Shown here: one piece after another, positions 1 to 11,559 of the stretch
Layout of the letters: each line of letters starts with the position of its first letter
How positions within the stretch are numbered: the stretch's first letter is position 1
DNA from: Eledone cirrhosa
Lineage: Eukaryota
Assembly: GCA_964016885.1 (NCBI GenBank)
Contig: OZ024742.1
Location: forward strand, 44,578,001 to 44,642,000
Direction of reading: 5' to 3'
DNA length: 64,000 bases
Program-made: the position numbers and the translations under genes
The notes under the pieces: generated by a model
Seen by the model: only the letters and a program-made list of their open reading frames with translations
The model's database searches: none
Told to the model about the DNA's origin: nothing

Positions 1-192
1 CAAAAAGTTTCCAGGGATGGTTAAAGAAAATTGGCCCCTTCACGCTTTTTGGAACGCTTCAAAAGGTATGCTTGCTGGGAACAGCAAGAACCCTCCGATA
101 CGTCCTGAATATCTGAGGCTGCAGGTAGTGGCTTGATATTCATTTCAACAAACTTTCCAGTTAACTAACATCAATGACTGAGACTCAAAGAG
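1..192 (+). mobile_element. 3' end of a Dong/R4-clade (RLE-type) non-LTR retrotransposon: ORF C-terminus (3..116) and 3' UTR, ending at a (TAA)n tract
   Basis: Frame 3..116 reads KSFQGWLKKIGPFTLFGTLQKVCLLGTARTLRYVLNI*. The LQKxxLLGTARxLRxVL motif is the characteristic C-terminus of R4/Dong ORFs. About 75 nt of UTR follows, then (TAA)n, the known Dong target. Confidence 0.75.
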
Positions 193-199
193 TAATAAC

Positions 200-265
<66 letters not shown>
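193..265. repeat. (TAA)n microsatellite shared as tail/target by the Dong element and Tx1 copy A
   Basis: About 24 TAA units read directly, with one CAA variant unit. Confidence 0.98.
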
Positions 266-266
<1 letters not shown>

Positions 267-506
267 TTTTCTTTATTAACCACAAGGGTTTACATAAAGT
301 AGACATTAAGGACAGTACAGGACAATACAGGACGGTACAAATGGGCATTTCTGCGTGTAAAAAAACAGAGGATGAAATAAAATAACAAAGAAAAATTCAC
401 CAATAGGGGGGAGACTTCCGAGGGACATTTGTGGAGAAAGCCCATTAAAAGACCACAGTGGCTGACCACCAGGGCAAGTGTCCTCTCCCAGTTTTCCACC
501 TTTAAT

Positions 507-3500
507 TTACAGACACATACTCAGAGAAGGCCCATTCATTCGGGCCATACTTGCTTCTCTCACCCATCTTTCAACAAAATGCTGGGAAGAGAGCACTTCC
601 CTCTCTACCCTGATTTTCCTTTTCAGATGAAATTTGAAAAAGTTAATCAGGGCATCACCGAAGAGGTAAGTGCTCGTCTTCAACCTTTTCAAACGTGTCC
701 ATCATACTATCTCTTTCGCCATGGCCACCAGACAGATAAAAACTGCCTGCCCTTCCCGGCTAAAGGAAGGGGGCGGGGCAATCCTCACGATGGACTCAGC
801 TGATAGCTGGATCCGTCCTACACGTGACAGCAGGTGTTCGACATAAACCCACAAGTCAGCAATGCTCGGACACTGGACGAGTGCGTGCAGGACGGTTTCG
901 TCGCCCTGCGCGCATCTCGGACATGCCCGGCTGACGGCACCTCCATGCCTGTAGAGTTTATCCTGAACTGGCAAAGCTCCTCGGTAGCACTGCCAGGCCA
1001 GGGATTTCTGGAAGTTGTCCATAGGCCCCGGCCCGAAAGTTCTTCCGAAGAGATTGGCTAGTTGATTTTCGTCGACGCCTAGAGTTTCTCCAAGTACGTC
1101 GTCGCTCTTCCCCTCCACTAATCCCCTATAGAACGCCAAGGTGGAGTTTCCACCGATCACATTGCCCGATTGGTCGAGGGCTGTGAGCGCCTGAAGACAT
1201 TCCAGTCTCCAAGCGCTCCCTCTCGGTCTTCGCTTGACCCAGGACTGCAGCTCCGTCAAGGAGACGAGCTGGGGAAAAACCCGTCTAGCAAACGGCGACC
1301 ACACCTGATCACCGTCGAGGAAGAGGTGGAGATGTCGTAGCCTGAGCGCGTGTCTGCGCATCATCAGCCACGGCATGCCCAGCCCTCCACGTAGCGGGTG
1401 TTGACAGCAGATGGACCGCCTGACCATCGGAGCGCGTCCCTTCCACAAGAAGCGAAAGAGCAAACGCTCCAGCGCAGTCAGGCGGGGCTTAGGACAAGGT
1501 ACGACGGTCAGGCGGTAGTAGATAACGGATGCGATGTACGCATTCGCCACCTCCGCTCGACCTTACAGGGATAGCTTCCTCTCGGCCCATTTCTGGGTGA
1601 GAGAAGACACCCTGCTCGTCACCTCGTCCCAGTTTTTGTCCGTTTTTGATGTTGAACGGTTCCGAAAGGTGACCGTTCACTCTCACTACAGAGCAGATGT
1701 CGCTGTGCATGGCAGCGATCCAGCCTCTGAAGACGGGCCCAAAGCCAGCCGCCCTCAGGACTGCCGCTAGGTAACGATGGTCGACCCTATCGAAAGCTTT
1801 CGACTGATCTAAATTGATCAAAGACCCACCCGTGCCAGGTTCCCTAGCTACCCTCTCTACGATGTATCGCATGAGGTGGAGGTTGTCGTGGATGGATCTG
1901 TCGGGAATGGCGCATGTCTGTGCCTCTCCCACCAGACCACCAACGTCAAGCGCCAACCTCTTTGCTAGCACCTTGGCCAAAATCTTGAACTCTGTGTTTA
2001 GCAGAGTTATGGGCCTAAAATGATCTATGTTATCCCCCTTGTTCGGATCCTTTCTCAGCAGCGCCACCGCTCCTCGGCTCACAGAGCTGGGAATTCTCCC
2101 GTTCTGTTGCCAGTTGCAGTAGACGTCCGCCAAGAGGCCTCCGAACAAGTTTGGCATTTGTACGTAAAGTTCATAGGGCAGACCATCCAAACCAGGCGAT
2201 TTACCCCTTGTGCAACTAGTCATTGCATCCCGTACTTCAGCGGTTGTTATCGGCTTTTCGCAACACTCCGCCTCAGTGGCCGAAAGCCGCGGCAGTCCGT
2301 CGAGGTATACACTAAAGTCCATCCCTCGACCCGGCCCGCCACTGCCCCCGAACAGTTGAGCGAAGTGTCGCTGAAAGGCATCACACATTTGCCCGGGATC
2401 GAGTAGCATGCGCCCGTCGTGGTCCACCAAAGACCGGATCGTGGCTTTGTTGCCACGACGCGCCTCCGCCACTCGGGCCCATTGAATGGCTTTCGTCCCC
2501 TCGTGTCTGAGAGCACGCACCCTAGCTCTGACAACGCAGCCTTCGTGCTTTGCATTGAAGAATTGGTCAAGGGCCAATTTCGCCGCAAGTACGTCGGTCG
2601 CGATGCCTTTGCTAAGCGCCTCATCTAATTTTCTAACTAATTCTCCCTCTGCTCTATTTTTCTCTATTGCTAAAGTCATACTAAACCTAATGGACTCTAT
2701 TCTAATTGCTCTTTTCAGAGCAAACCACCACTTGTTGTTGACGATGGCCTCCGTCAACGCCCGCTTAACTAGTTCGCTAATCCGGTCTCTGTAGGCCTTG
2801 CGCGCTGGTAAGGACGCGTTTAGCTTCCAGTAGCCGGGTCCTCGTCTATGAAGCCTATCTAAGTCAAGCACACAGATCACGAATTTGTGGTCCGTGTAGC
2901 TGACTATCTTGAATTGTGGACAGCCTATGCTAGACCTATCTATTTCCCTACAAAATACTCTATCTAGATATGATCTGGATGACCCTATGCGATTTGTCCA
3001 AGTCCACATTGGTACATTCGGGAAATCCATTCGGTACCTGTCAGACAGTTCAAAACGTCTGAGCAGGTTGGTGAGACTCTTGCACCCTCCTTCCCTATCC
3101 ACTAATCCCACACAATCCCAGCGTGCATCTAAGATCCCGTTCCAGTCGCCCACTAACACTAAAGAGCGGGACGTTCCAAGAAAGGTCTCCAGACGCCGGA
3201 AGAAATCAGGCCGCCCTGCTCCTGTCGGGGCATAGACGCCCACTAACCTGAAAGCTTGCCCGTCTCCGCTGGTCACGTCCAGCACCACCAACTTACCTTC
3301 TGGGTCCAGGAAGATGACCCGTATGGCAAGATCCAAACCTCTCCGAAAAAGCACAGCAACTCCTCCCCCGATCCCGGACGGCTGGGAGATGCGTACACAT
3401 CGTAGCCGCCGAAGATCGGTGCGAAAGCCTGTGCTTCGGAGATTCTGGTCTCGCTGATGGCCACTACATCTATGTTTAGTGACCTGAGGTCGTTGAGCAG

Positions 3501-3566
3501 GTGGCCCTGCTTCCATGACGACCCCAAGCCACGCGCATTTATGCTGCCTATTCTGAGTGAGGTCAT
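507..3566 (-). pseudogene. Tx1 copy A ORF2 (APE endonuclease + RT + Zn motif), disrupted
   Basis: MTSLRIGSINARGL...ISETR, GVAVL, VGDWN, SYLDR, TDH (APE). KSPGLDG, RPITLLN, NLDQSKAFDRVDH (RT). Frameshift at about 3365-3369, a deletion of about 360 bp at about 1644 that removes YADD, and a TGG>TGA stop at 702-704. The true C-terminus is ORF 507..692. Confidence 0.92.
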
Positions 3567-3600
3567 GTTGAAAAGGAATGGAAAAGATGGGAAAGACCAC

Positions 3601-5572
3601 TTACCTTACTTCTCGTAGGGGAAGGACGGTTTTTCCATCCTTTTCACTGCTTGTGGCCTCCTCACGAAGGATGTCCTTATAAATCCTCCTGGAGAGTGCT
3701 TGTCGGAAGTCTCCGATGTCTTTGGGGAATTTTTGTTTTAGTGTCATGTACGTTTTCTGTGTGATGCGAGTGATTTGTATGTGGGGAGGTGGTGTGAATT
3801 TTGGGGTTGTTGTGTAGTCTTTTTCTGTGATGCTGGTGTTGTGTTGGATGTAGTGTAATAATTGCTTGTTGTTCAAATTTAATGCTGTGTAGTGTGTATC
3901 GTTTTGGTTGTTTTGTTTTGTTTGCGTTTGTTGTGGGTTTGTTTCTGTTTCGCATTTTGGTGACTTTTGTGGTGTAGGTGATGGTGGTGTTGGAGTTAAT
4001 GATGGTGATGGTATTGGTGTTTGGGTTGATGGGGTTGGTGATGCTGGTGTGGATGGTGGCATATCTGTCCTAACTTTTTTGTTTCTTAGTTTATTTGTTT
4101 CCCTCTGTATTTTGTTTTTGGAGGGGGAAGGAAGAGAATTTTTTCTTTTTTGGTTTCTTTTTTTTTTTCCGGATATCGTTTCCCACTCCTCGTCGTCACA
4201 ATCTGTCTCCAGTTGTGATAGGCCGGGGAGTGGAAAATCCTCCACAGCCGTTAGTTTTGGTTGTGGTGTGGTGGATGGTGTAGGCGCTGGTGCTAGTTCT
4301 GAAGCGTTGGGTGGTGGTGGTGTTGGTTCTGCTACTGTTGCTGGGGTTGTTGCTGTTACAGTTGCTTCTGTTGTTGCTGCTACAGTTGTTGCTGCCATCT
4401 CTGCTACTGGTGGTGTTGATGGTTGTGTCACTGGGGTGGGTAGGAGAGGTGGCCTCAACCTTTTAGCCTGAGGGCAGAAAGCCCTTAGGTGGGTTCCTTC
4501 ACCACAAACGACACACCTAGGTCTTCTGCCCTCGACAATTACCGTGAGGTGGTTGCCGTCAGTGAGGTCTATTACCTCTGGGATCTCCTCAATGCTTTTT
4601 TGGTCCGCTTGGATTAGGAGCTCCATCCCAGATCCGGACCAGTTTTCCCGCTTTTCTTTTGCTATTGCTATTATTTTCGTGTTGGCTTCGATGCCGGCGA
4701 GGACAGCCGCTATTAGCCAGGGAATTTCGATGGCCGGTGGAACGTGGGTCACCCTGATCTTTACGAGTCTCTGGCCACAATAGCTTGGGACGAGTGTGAA
4801 GTCGTCACTTTTTTAATGGGGCCATGGAGTGTTCTCTAGCCTCCTCTGGTGTTTCAAAGAACACATCCACGGTTCCATACTTTTGCCCACGTCTGATGTG
4901 GGTTTTTCTTGCCCACACATGTCCCAAAGCTTTTTGGATTTGGGACTCGGATGCCCGTTCCACTCGGCGCGATTTTACATTTATTGTTCTATACGACACG
5001 GTGCATAGGCGCCGATGCTCCATTTTATTAGGTGGGGGGGTGAGGCTGACCCTGTACCCATTTTTCTTTACCATTTGTTTGGCATTTTCTAAATCGTCTT
5101 GAGTTACCGTGAATGCTTCAAATTGTTTTGCTACTATGGCGAAACTGAGGGTCGATTTCATAATGTCATTGTTGTTGTTGTTGCTATCGTTATTTGTGTT
5201 AATATTAATTTTAGTTTCAGTTGTGGTGGTGGTGACGTCAGTCGTCTTTGGTGCGGAAGAGTCCATTTTGCTTGATTTCATTTCGACATCACGAGTTAAT
5301 TTATTTTTTTCTTCTTTTGTTTCTGTTGTCGCGGTGGTGGTGGGGGTGGTGGTTGTCGCGGTGGTGGTGGTGGTGGAGGCTTTAACACCTGCAGTCATTG
5401 GTAATGGCGGGAAATGAATGTCTGCCTGAGACAAATTTAAAATATTGCTACTGCTTATATTTTTTTTTTTTGTGTTGGCCAACGTAGTAACATTTACAAT
5501 GGTGGTGTCGGTATGAGGTGTTAATTTGTGAGGAAGGCTTTCAGCTGCTTGTTGCAGAGGTGAATTAGCCAT
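3601..5572 (-). pseudogene. Tx1 copy A ORF1 (gag-like, CCHC zinc knuckle, Thr/Pro-rich linkers), one frameshift near 4810
   Basis: ATG at 5572 (MANSPLQQ...). ORFs 4805..5848 and 3601..4752 join as ...PLKSDDFTLVPSYCGQRLVKIRVTHVPP if one base is removed from the T6 run at 4809-4814. The knuckle reads CVVCGEGTHLRAFC. Confidence 0.82.
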
Positions 5573-5782
5573 TTTTTTTTTCAAAGAAATTTTTTGATAA
5601 TAATAAAAGTTAAAATTTTGGGCACAAGGCCCCAATCTTTTTGGGTGTCCTTTTCGGAAAACAATGTATGTGTGCTTATAAACAGTTAACAATAAAATTT
5701 TCCATAAATGGCAATTTTTAACAAACGGAAATAACAAACCTTTGCGGAGCTCACGATGATACGATTTACTACGTAGGTCGCC

Positions 5783-5830
<48 letters not shown>
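5783..5830. repeat. (TAA)n microsatellite: tail of Tx1 copy B, abutting the 5' end of copy A
   Basis: 16 AAT units read directly. Confidence 0.98.
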
Positions 5831-5832
<2 letters not shown>

Positions 5833-8800
5833 TTTCTTTATTAACCACAAGGGTTTACATAAAGTAGACATCAAGGGCAGTGCAGGACAATACAGGACGG
5901 TACAAATGGGCATTTCTGCGTGTAAAAAACAAAAACAGAGGATGTAACAAAAAAATAACAATGAAAAATTCCAAAATAGGGGGGAGACTTCGGAGGGACA
6001 TTTGTGGAGAAAGCCCAGTAAAAGGCCACAGTGACCCTGACCACCAAGGCAAGTTCCCTCTCCCAGTTTTCCACCTTTAATTTACAGATACGTACTCAGA
6101 GTAGGCCCATTCACTCGGGCCATTCTTGCTTCTCTCACCCATCTTTCAACAAAATGCTCGGAAGAGAGCACTTCCCTCTCTACTCTGATTTTCCTTTTCA
6201 AATGAAATTTGAAAAAGTCAATCAGGGCATCACCGAAGAGGTAAGTGCTCGTCTTCAGCCTTTCAAACGTGTCCACCATACTATCTCTTTCGCCATGGCC
6301 ACCAGACAGATAAAAACTGCCTGCCCTACCCGGCTAAAGGAAGAGGGCGGGGCAATCCTCACGATGGACTCAGATGATAGCCGAATCCGTCCTACACGCG
6401 ACAGCAGGTGTTCGACATAAACCCACAAGTCAGCAATTTTCGGACACTGGACGAGTGTGTGCAGGACGGTTTCGTCGCCCTGCGCGCATCTCGGACATGC
6501 CCGTCTGACGGCACCTCCATGCCTGTAGAGTTTATCCCGAACTGGCAAGGCTCCTCGGTAGCACTGCCAGGCCAGAGATTTCTGGAAGTTGTCCATAGGT
6601 CCCGGCCCGAAAGTTCTTCCGAAGAGATTGACTAGTTGATTTTCGTCGACGCCTAGAGTTTCCCCAAGTACGTCGTCGCTCTTCCCCTCCACTAATCCTC
6701 TATAGAACGCCGAGGTGGAGTTTCCACCGATCACATTGCCCGATTGGTCGAGGGCTGTGAGCGCCTGAAGACATTCCAGTCTCCAAGCGCTCCCTCTCGG
6801 TCTTCGCTTGACCCAGGACTGCAGCTCTGTCAAGGAAACGAGCTGGGGAAATACGTGTCTAGCAAACGGCGACCACACCTGATCACCGTCGAGGAAGAGG
6901 TGGAGATGTCGTAGCCTGAGCGCGTGTCTGCGCATCATCAGCCACGGCATGCCCAGCCCTCCATGTAGCGGGTGTTGACAGCAGATGGACCGCCTGACCA
7001 TCGGAGCGCGTCCCTTCCACAAAAAGCGAAAGAGCAAACGCTCCAGCGCAGTCAGGCGGGGCTTAGGACAAGGTACGACGGTCAGGCGGTAGCAGATGAC
7101 AGACGCGATGTACGCGTTAGCCACCTCCGCTTGACCTTTCAGGGATAGCTTCCTCTCCGCCCATTTCTGGGTGAGAGAAGCCACCCTGCTCGTCACCTCG
7201 TCCCAGTTTTTGTCCGTCTGGAGGTCTGGACCGAACCAGTCCCCTAGCAATTTAACCGGTCCGTCCGTCCAGCGTCCGACGACGCTGTTGGACGGCATGG
7301 ACCTGCCTCTCCAGGTGCCGAGCTGCAGGCCCACTGACTTTTCCTGGTTGATCATTGCTCCTGTCACCGCTTCGTATTCTCTTAGTGTAGTGCCGATCGC
7401 CTCGATGTGTTTGGCGTTCGACACCACTACGGTGACATCGTCCGCATATGCTGACACGGATCTTCCGCATCCTAGTTCGCGCGGGACGCCTCTCAACGTC
7501 TCCAGTTTGTGCAGTAATGGCTCGAGAGTCAATACGTACAAGAGGGACGAAAGGGGACATCATTGGCGGACCGAGTGCATGATGTTGAACGGTTCCGAAA
7601 GGTGATCGTTCACTCTCACCACAGAGCAGATGTCGCTGTGCATGGCAACGATCCAGCCTCTAAAGACGGGCCCAAAGCCAGCCGCCCTCAGGACTGCCGC
7701 TAGGTAACGATGGTCGACCCTATCGAAAGCTTTCGACTGATCTAAATTGATCAAGGACCCACCCGTGCCAGGTTCCCTAGCTACCCTCTCTACGATGTAT
7801 CGCATGAGGTGGAGGTTGTCGTGGATGGATCTGTCGGGAATGGCGCATGTCTGCGCCTCTCCCACCAGACCACCAACGACAAGCGCCAACCTCTTTGCTA
7901 GCAGCTTTGCCAAAATCTTGAACTCTGTGTTTAGCAGAGTTATGGGCCTGAAATTATCTATGTTATCTCCCTTGTTCGGATCCTTTCTCAGCAGTGCCAC
8001 CGCTCCTCGGCTCACAGAGCTGGGAATTCTCCCGTTCTGTCGCCAGTTGCAGTAGACGTCCGCCAAGAGGCCTCCGAACAAGTCTGGCATCTGTACGTAA
8101 AGTTCATAGGGCAGACCATCCAAACCAGGTGATTTACCCCTTGTGCAGCCAGTCATTGTTTCTCGTACTTCAGCGGCTGTTATCGGCTTTTCGCAACACT
8201 CCGCCTCAGTGGCCGAGAGCCGCGGCAGTCCGTCGAGGTAGACACTAAAGTCCATCCCTCGACCCGGCCCACCGCTGCCCCCGAACAGCTGAGCGAAGTG
8301 TCGCTGAAAAGCTTTACACATTTGCCCGGAATCGAGTAGCATGCGCCCGTCGTGGTCCACCAAAGACCGGATCGTGGCTTTGTTGCCACGACGCGCCCCC
8401 GCCACTCGGGCCCATTGAACGGCTTTCGTCCCCTCGTGTCTGAGAGCACGCACCCTAGCTCTGACAACGCAGCCTTCGTGCTTGGCATTGAAGAATTGGT
8501 CAAAGGCCAATTTCTCCGCAAGTACGTCGGTCGCGATGCCTTTGCTAAGTGCATCGTCTAATTTTCTAACTAGTTCTCCCTCCGCTCTATTTTTCTCGAT
8601 TGCTAAAGCCTTACTAAACCTAATGGATTCTATTCTAATCGCTCTTTTCAGAGCAAACCACCACTTGTTGTTGACGATGGTCCCCGTCAACGCCCGCTTA
8701 ACTAGTTCGCTAATCCGGTCTCTGTAGGCCTTGCGCGCTGGTAAGGACGCGTTTAGCTGCCAGTGGCCGGGTCCTCGTCTATGAAGCCTATCTAAGTCAA

Positions 8801-9346
8801 GCACACAGATCACGAATTTGTGGTCCGTGTAGCTGACTATCTTGAATTGTGGACAGCCTATGCTAGACCTATCTATTTCCCTACAAAATACTCTATCTAG
8901 ATATGATCTGGATGACCCTATGAGATTTGTCCAAGTCCACATTGGCACATTCGGGAAATCCAATCGGTACCTGTCAGACAGTTCAAAACGCCTGAGCAGG
9001 TTGGTGAGGCTCTTGCACCCTCCACCCCTATCCGCTAATCCCACACAGTCCCAGCGTGCATCTAAGATCCCGTTGCAGTCGCCCACTAACACTAAAGAGC
9101 AGGACGTTCCAAGAATGGTCTCCAGACGCCGGAAGAAATCAGGCCGCCCTGCTCCTGTCGGGGCATAGACGGCCACTAGCCTGAAAGCTTGCCCGTCTCC
9201 GCTGGTCACGTCCAGCACCACCAACTTACTCTCTGGGTCCAGGAAGATGGCCCGTATGGCGAGATCGAAACCTCTCCGAAAAAGCACAGCAACTCCTCCC
9301 CCGATCCAGGACGGCTGGGAGATGCGTACACATCGTAGCCGCCGAA
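5831..9346 (-). mobile_element. Tx1/L1-clade LINE, copy B, 5'-truncated inside the endonuclease; same family as copy A
   Basis: Colinear with 266-3410 at high identity. Retains SAYADDV. Nonsense codon in the QG motif (VRQ*CPLS, 7560-7562) and a 1-nt frameshift near 6260. ORF2 C-terminus ends at 6082. Confidence 0.93.
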
Positions 9347-9690
9347 AAGTGAACAGTGTATCAGTCATGATATACACTCAAATACATGCTTGTGTGTGTG
9401 TACGGAGGGGGAATATATCATGTGTAGTGTTGGCGAAGTTCGGGAAGCATGGACGTTTTGAAGGATGCAGTGTCCCAACAGCTAATAACTGATGCAGGTA
9501 GTTTGTTCCATGTTTCAGCAACTCTGAGTACGAAAAGATGTTTCCAAAAGTCATGGGAGCTGTACTGTTTTCTGATTTTGAAAGCATGTCCACGGGTTAA
9601 ACACATGGAATTCAAAAAGATGCTCAGGGTTGTTGTTGGCAAGATGGTTAATAATTTTGTGGGTGTCTACCAAGTCAGTTGCCAGACGTC
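9347..9690 (-). mobile_element. CR1-clade LINE 3' fragment
   Basis: ORF 9418..9642 contains TRGHAFKI...LFVLRVAETWNKLPASVI...SFK, matching the CR1 ORF2 C-terminal RGH-K...RV..WN.LP...FK signature. Confidence 0.75.
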
Positions 9691-9696
9691 AGAGCT

Positions 9697-9912
9697 TTAA
9701 GCCTTTAGCATTTACATTATTCTATATTTACTATTGTATTTTTGTGGTAAAGGTTTTATCTTACATAATATTGAATCTATGAGATTTTGATACTATTTAT
9801 TTTGAGAACAATACCTTAACGTCAGAATGATTGGCTGGTTATAGCCGGTTTGAATAGGAAGAGGTGAGAGAATTCTGGCCGGATACAGCTGGCTTAAATG
9901 CTAAAGGGTTAA
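9697..9912. mobile_element. piggyBac-type MITE (about 210 bp), copy 1
   Basis: TTAA at both ends, TIR (c/g)CCTTTAGCATTTA ... TAAATGCTAAAGGG. The internal sequence matches the copies at 18705, 20853 and 21602. Confidence 0.8.
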
Positions 9913-10191
9913 TGTATCCATGTCCAGAGAAGTAAGGCATTCAGAAATTGCTAAAACTTTATTTAAACATCTCTTTTCAAACCCTTTCCATTTCCCACCA
10001 CAGTCCATTTAACAACACTCTTCAATCAAAATGTTAGCATGAGGACGAAATCTTTTAAGGGCATCAATTTTTATTATCTTTACAACATACTTTGGTTCTT
10101 TACCTTTTTCTCTTCTTTATGTACATCCTTGGCTTCTACCAAATCTGCAAATTTTTTCAGTAAAAAAGCCCTTTCTCTTCTCCTTTCCTGT

Positions 10192-10510
10192 CATCATCAT
10201 CATCATCGATTAACGTCTATCTTCCACTCTAGCATGGGTTAGACGGGTTTGTCCCAATTAAAGGCAAGTTGGGTTGGATGACCGTGTCTCACTCACATAG
10301 GAGAGTTTCTGGGTGGTTTCTACAACTGGATGCACTTCCTAATGCCAACCATATTGACAGAGTGTGCTGGGTGCTTTTTGCCGTGTCTTTTACATATCCA
10401 CTTTACAGTGTGGGCTGGGTGTTTGGGCGCTGGTTTTTTATGGCTGGATACCCTTCCTAATGCCAACCACATTTACAGTGTGTGCTGGGTACTTTTCTTT
10501 GTGACACCTA
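10192..10510 (-). mobile_element. RTE-family 3' end fragment with (GAT)n tail
   Basis: Reverse complement of the end seen at 12120-12310 (GTCTAACCCATGCTAG...GACGTTAA-(TGA)n and GTGGTTGGCATTAGGAAG...CATCCAG). Confidence 0.7.
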
Positions 10511-11155
10511 CACGATACAATTATAAGATGTCACCTTCCAATGTCACATCCAATCCAGCTTCAGCAAACTTTGAAACTTCTTCATTACCCCACATCCTTC
10601 AATGTTGTTCTTTGACTTGAGTAGAACTCCCATCCAAACTGCATTTCAGTAGTTTCTCATGACCCTTTTCAGGCAATATCAATAAAATGGACAGCATTTA
10701 AAATGTCAAATGACTGCCAGCAATCTTTTACAGTCATATCAGTGATAGTGTCTAATACCTTGACTATTTTCTTAAACAATTCCTGACGGTAGTGCCTGAA
10801 TTATGGTGAAAAGAAACCAAAGATTGTAAAACATCATAGAAATTCTGTAAACATGCTTTTCTTAAAATAATTATGTTTTGTATGACTTCAATTGTTTATA
10901 ATCAGTTATCTGAACAAAACACTCCCAGCTCATCTCATTTAGATAATTGCAATCTAACTGTAATACACAAATCTTTCACAAAGAATAGTGTGTAAAAAAA
11001 AAAAAAAAAAAGAAAAAAAAAAGATCTTGTTTATAATTGCTCAGTTACCCTATATGCTGGCTGGCTGAAATTGCACTGGTGGTGCTGCTGTGAAAATTTA
11101 AATTAGGGAAAATTTCAAATGGCATAAAATTAGAATGGCCAGTAAATATATATAT

Positions 11156-11294
11156 ATCTTTATTTTATTTAGAAATGACTTCTACAGGACTAGAACTATT
11201 TCATTTATATGAAATCATTGGGACATTTCTGATGATTTTGAGTGAATGAAACAGTTCTAGTCCTGTAGAAGTCATTTCTGAATACAATAAAGAT
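11156..11294. repeat. 50-bp inverted repeat (11156-11205 / 11245-11294) between (TA)n tracts; probable PLE inverted pseudo-LTR remnant
   Basis: The arms match at 47 of 50 positions when reverse-complemented. The right arm overlaps a hammerhead motif and an AATAAA. Confidence 0.85.
11222..11273 (+). ncRNA. Type I hammerhead ribozyme-like motif (degenerate stem II)
   Basis: CTGATGA at 11229-11235 and GAAA at 11248-11251. Stem III is CAG/CTG around an 8-nt loop. GTA cleavage triplet at 11265-11267. Stem I is GAC(A)TTT paired with GAAGTC. Confidence 0.62.
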
Positions 11295-11559
11295 GCCTAT
11301 AATCTACCAATGTATTTCCCAATCCCCATCAGGAATCCACCCATAATTATATATATATCTTACTAAACCCCCACAGAACAGAGAACGCTCTTCTTTTGTG
11401 CCAAAGACCAACAACCAATCTAGCCTTGGTATTATGTTGTTTTTTTTTCACCCTGACTCCAAGTTCTTCTGCTCCTGTTGTATATAATTAACCCTGAAGT
11501 TCCATCAAAGTCAATATTATCCAAATGTTTAATCAAAGGAATGGAAGAAGTTCAGGGAG

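Larger units (their letters stand above)
266..5782 (-). mobile_element. Tx1/L1-clade LINE, copy A, near full-length (5' UTR, ORF1, ORF2, 3' UTR), inactivated
   Basis: ORF1 has a CCHC knuckle. ORF2 has an APE endonuclease, RT and a C-terminal CPRC...H...C zinc motif. On the minus strand AATAAA precedes the (ATT)n tail. Flanked by (TAA)n on both sides. Confidence 0.93.

Noticed and set aside
145-348. Poly-Leu ORF, and the poly-Ile/poly-Leu starts near 5783-5848
   Set aside because: Translations of (TAA)n tracts.
7560-7562. In-frame TGA in Tx1 ORF2 as possible selenocysteine or readthrough
   Set aside because: It replaces the conserved Gly of the QG motif (likely GGA>TGA) in a copy with other lesions, so it is an ordinary nonsense mutation.
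10103-10188. Possible minus-strand exon ERRRERAFLLKKFADLVEAKDVHKEEKK with AG/GT ends
   Set aside because: The acceptor derives from an RTE (GAT)n tail with no polypyrimidine tract. I found no partner exons or recognisable homology.
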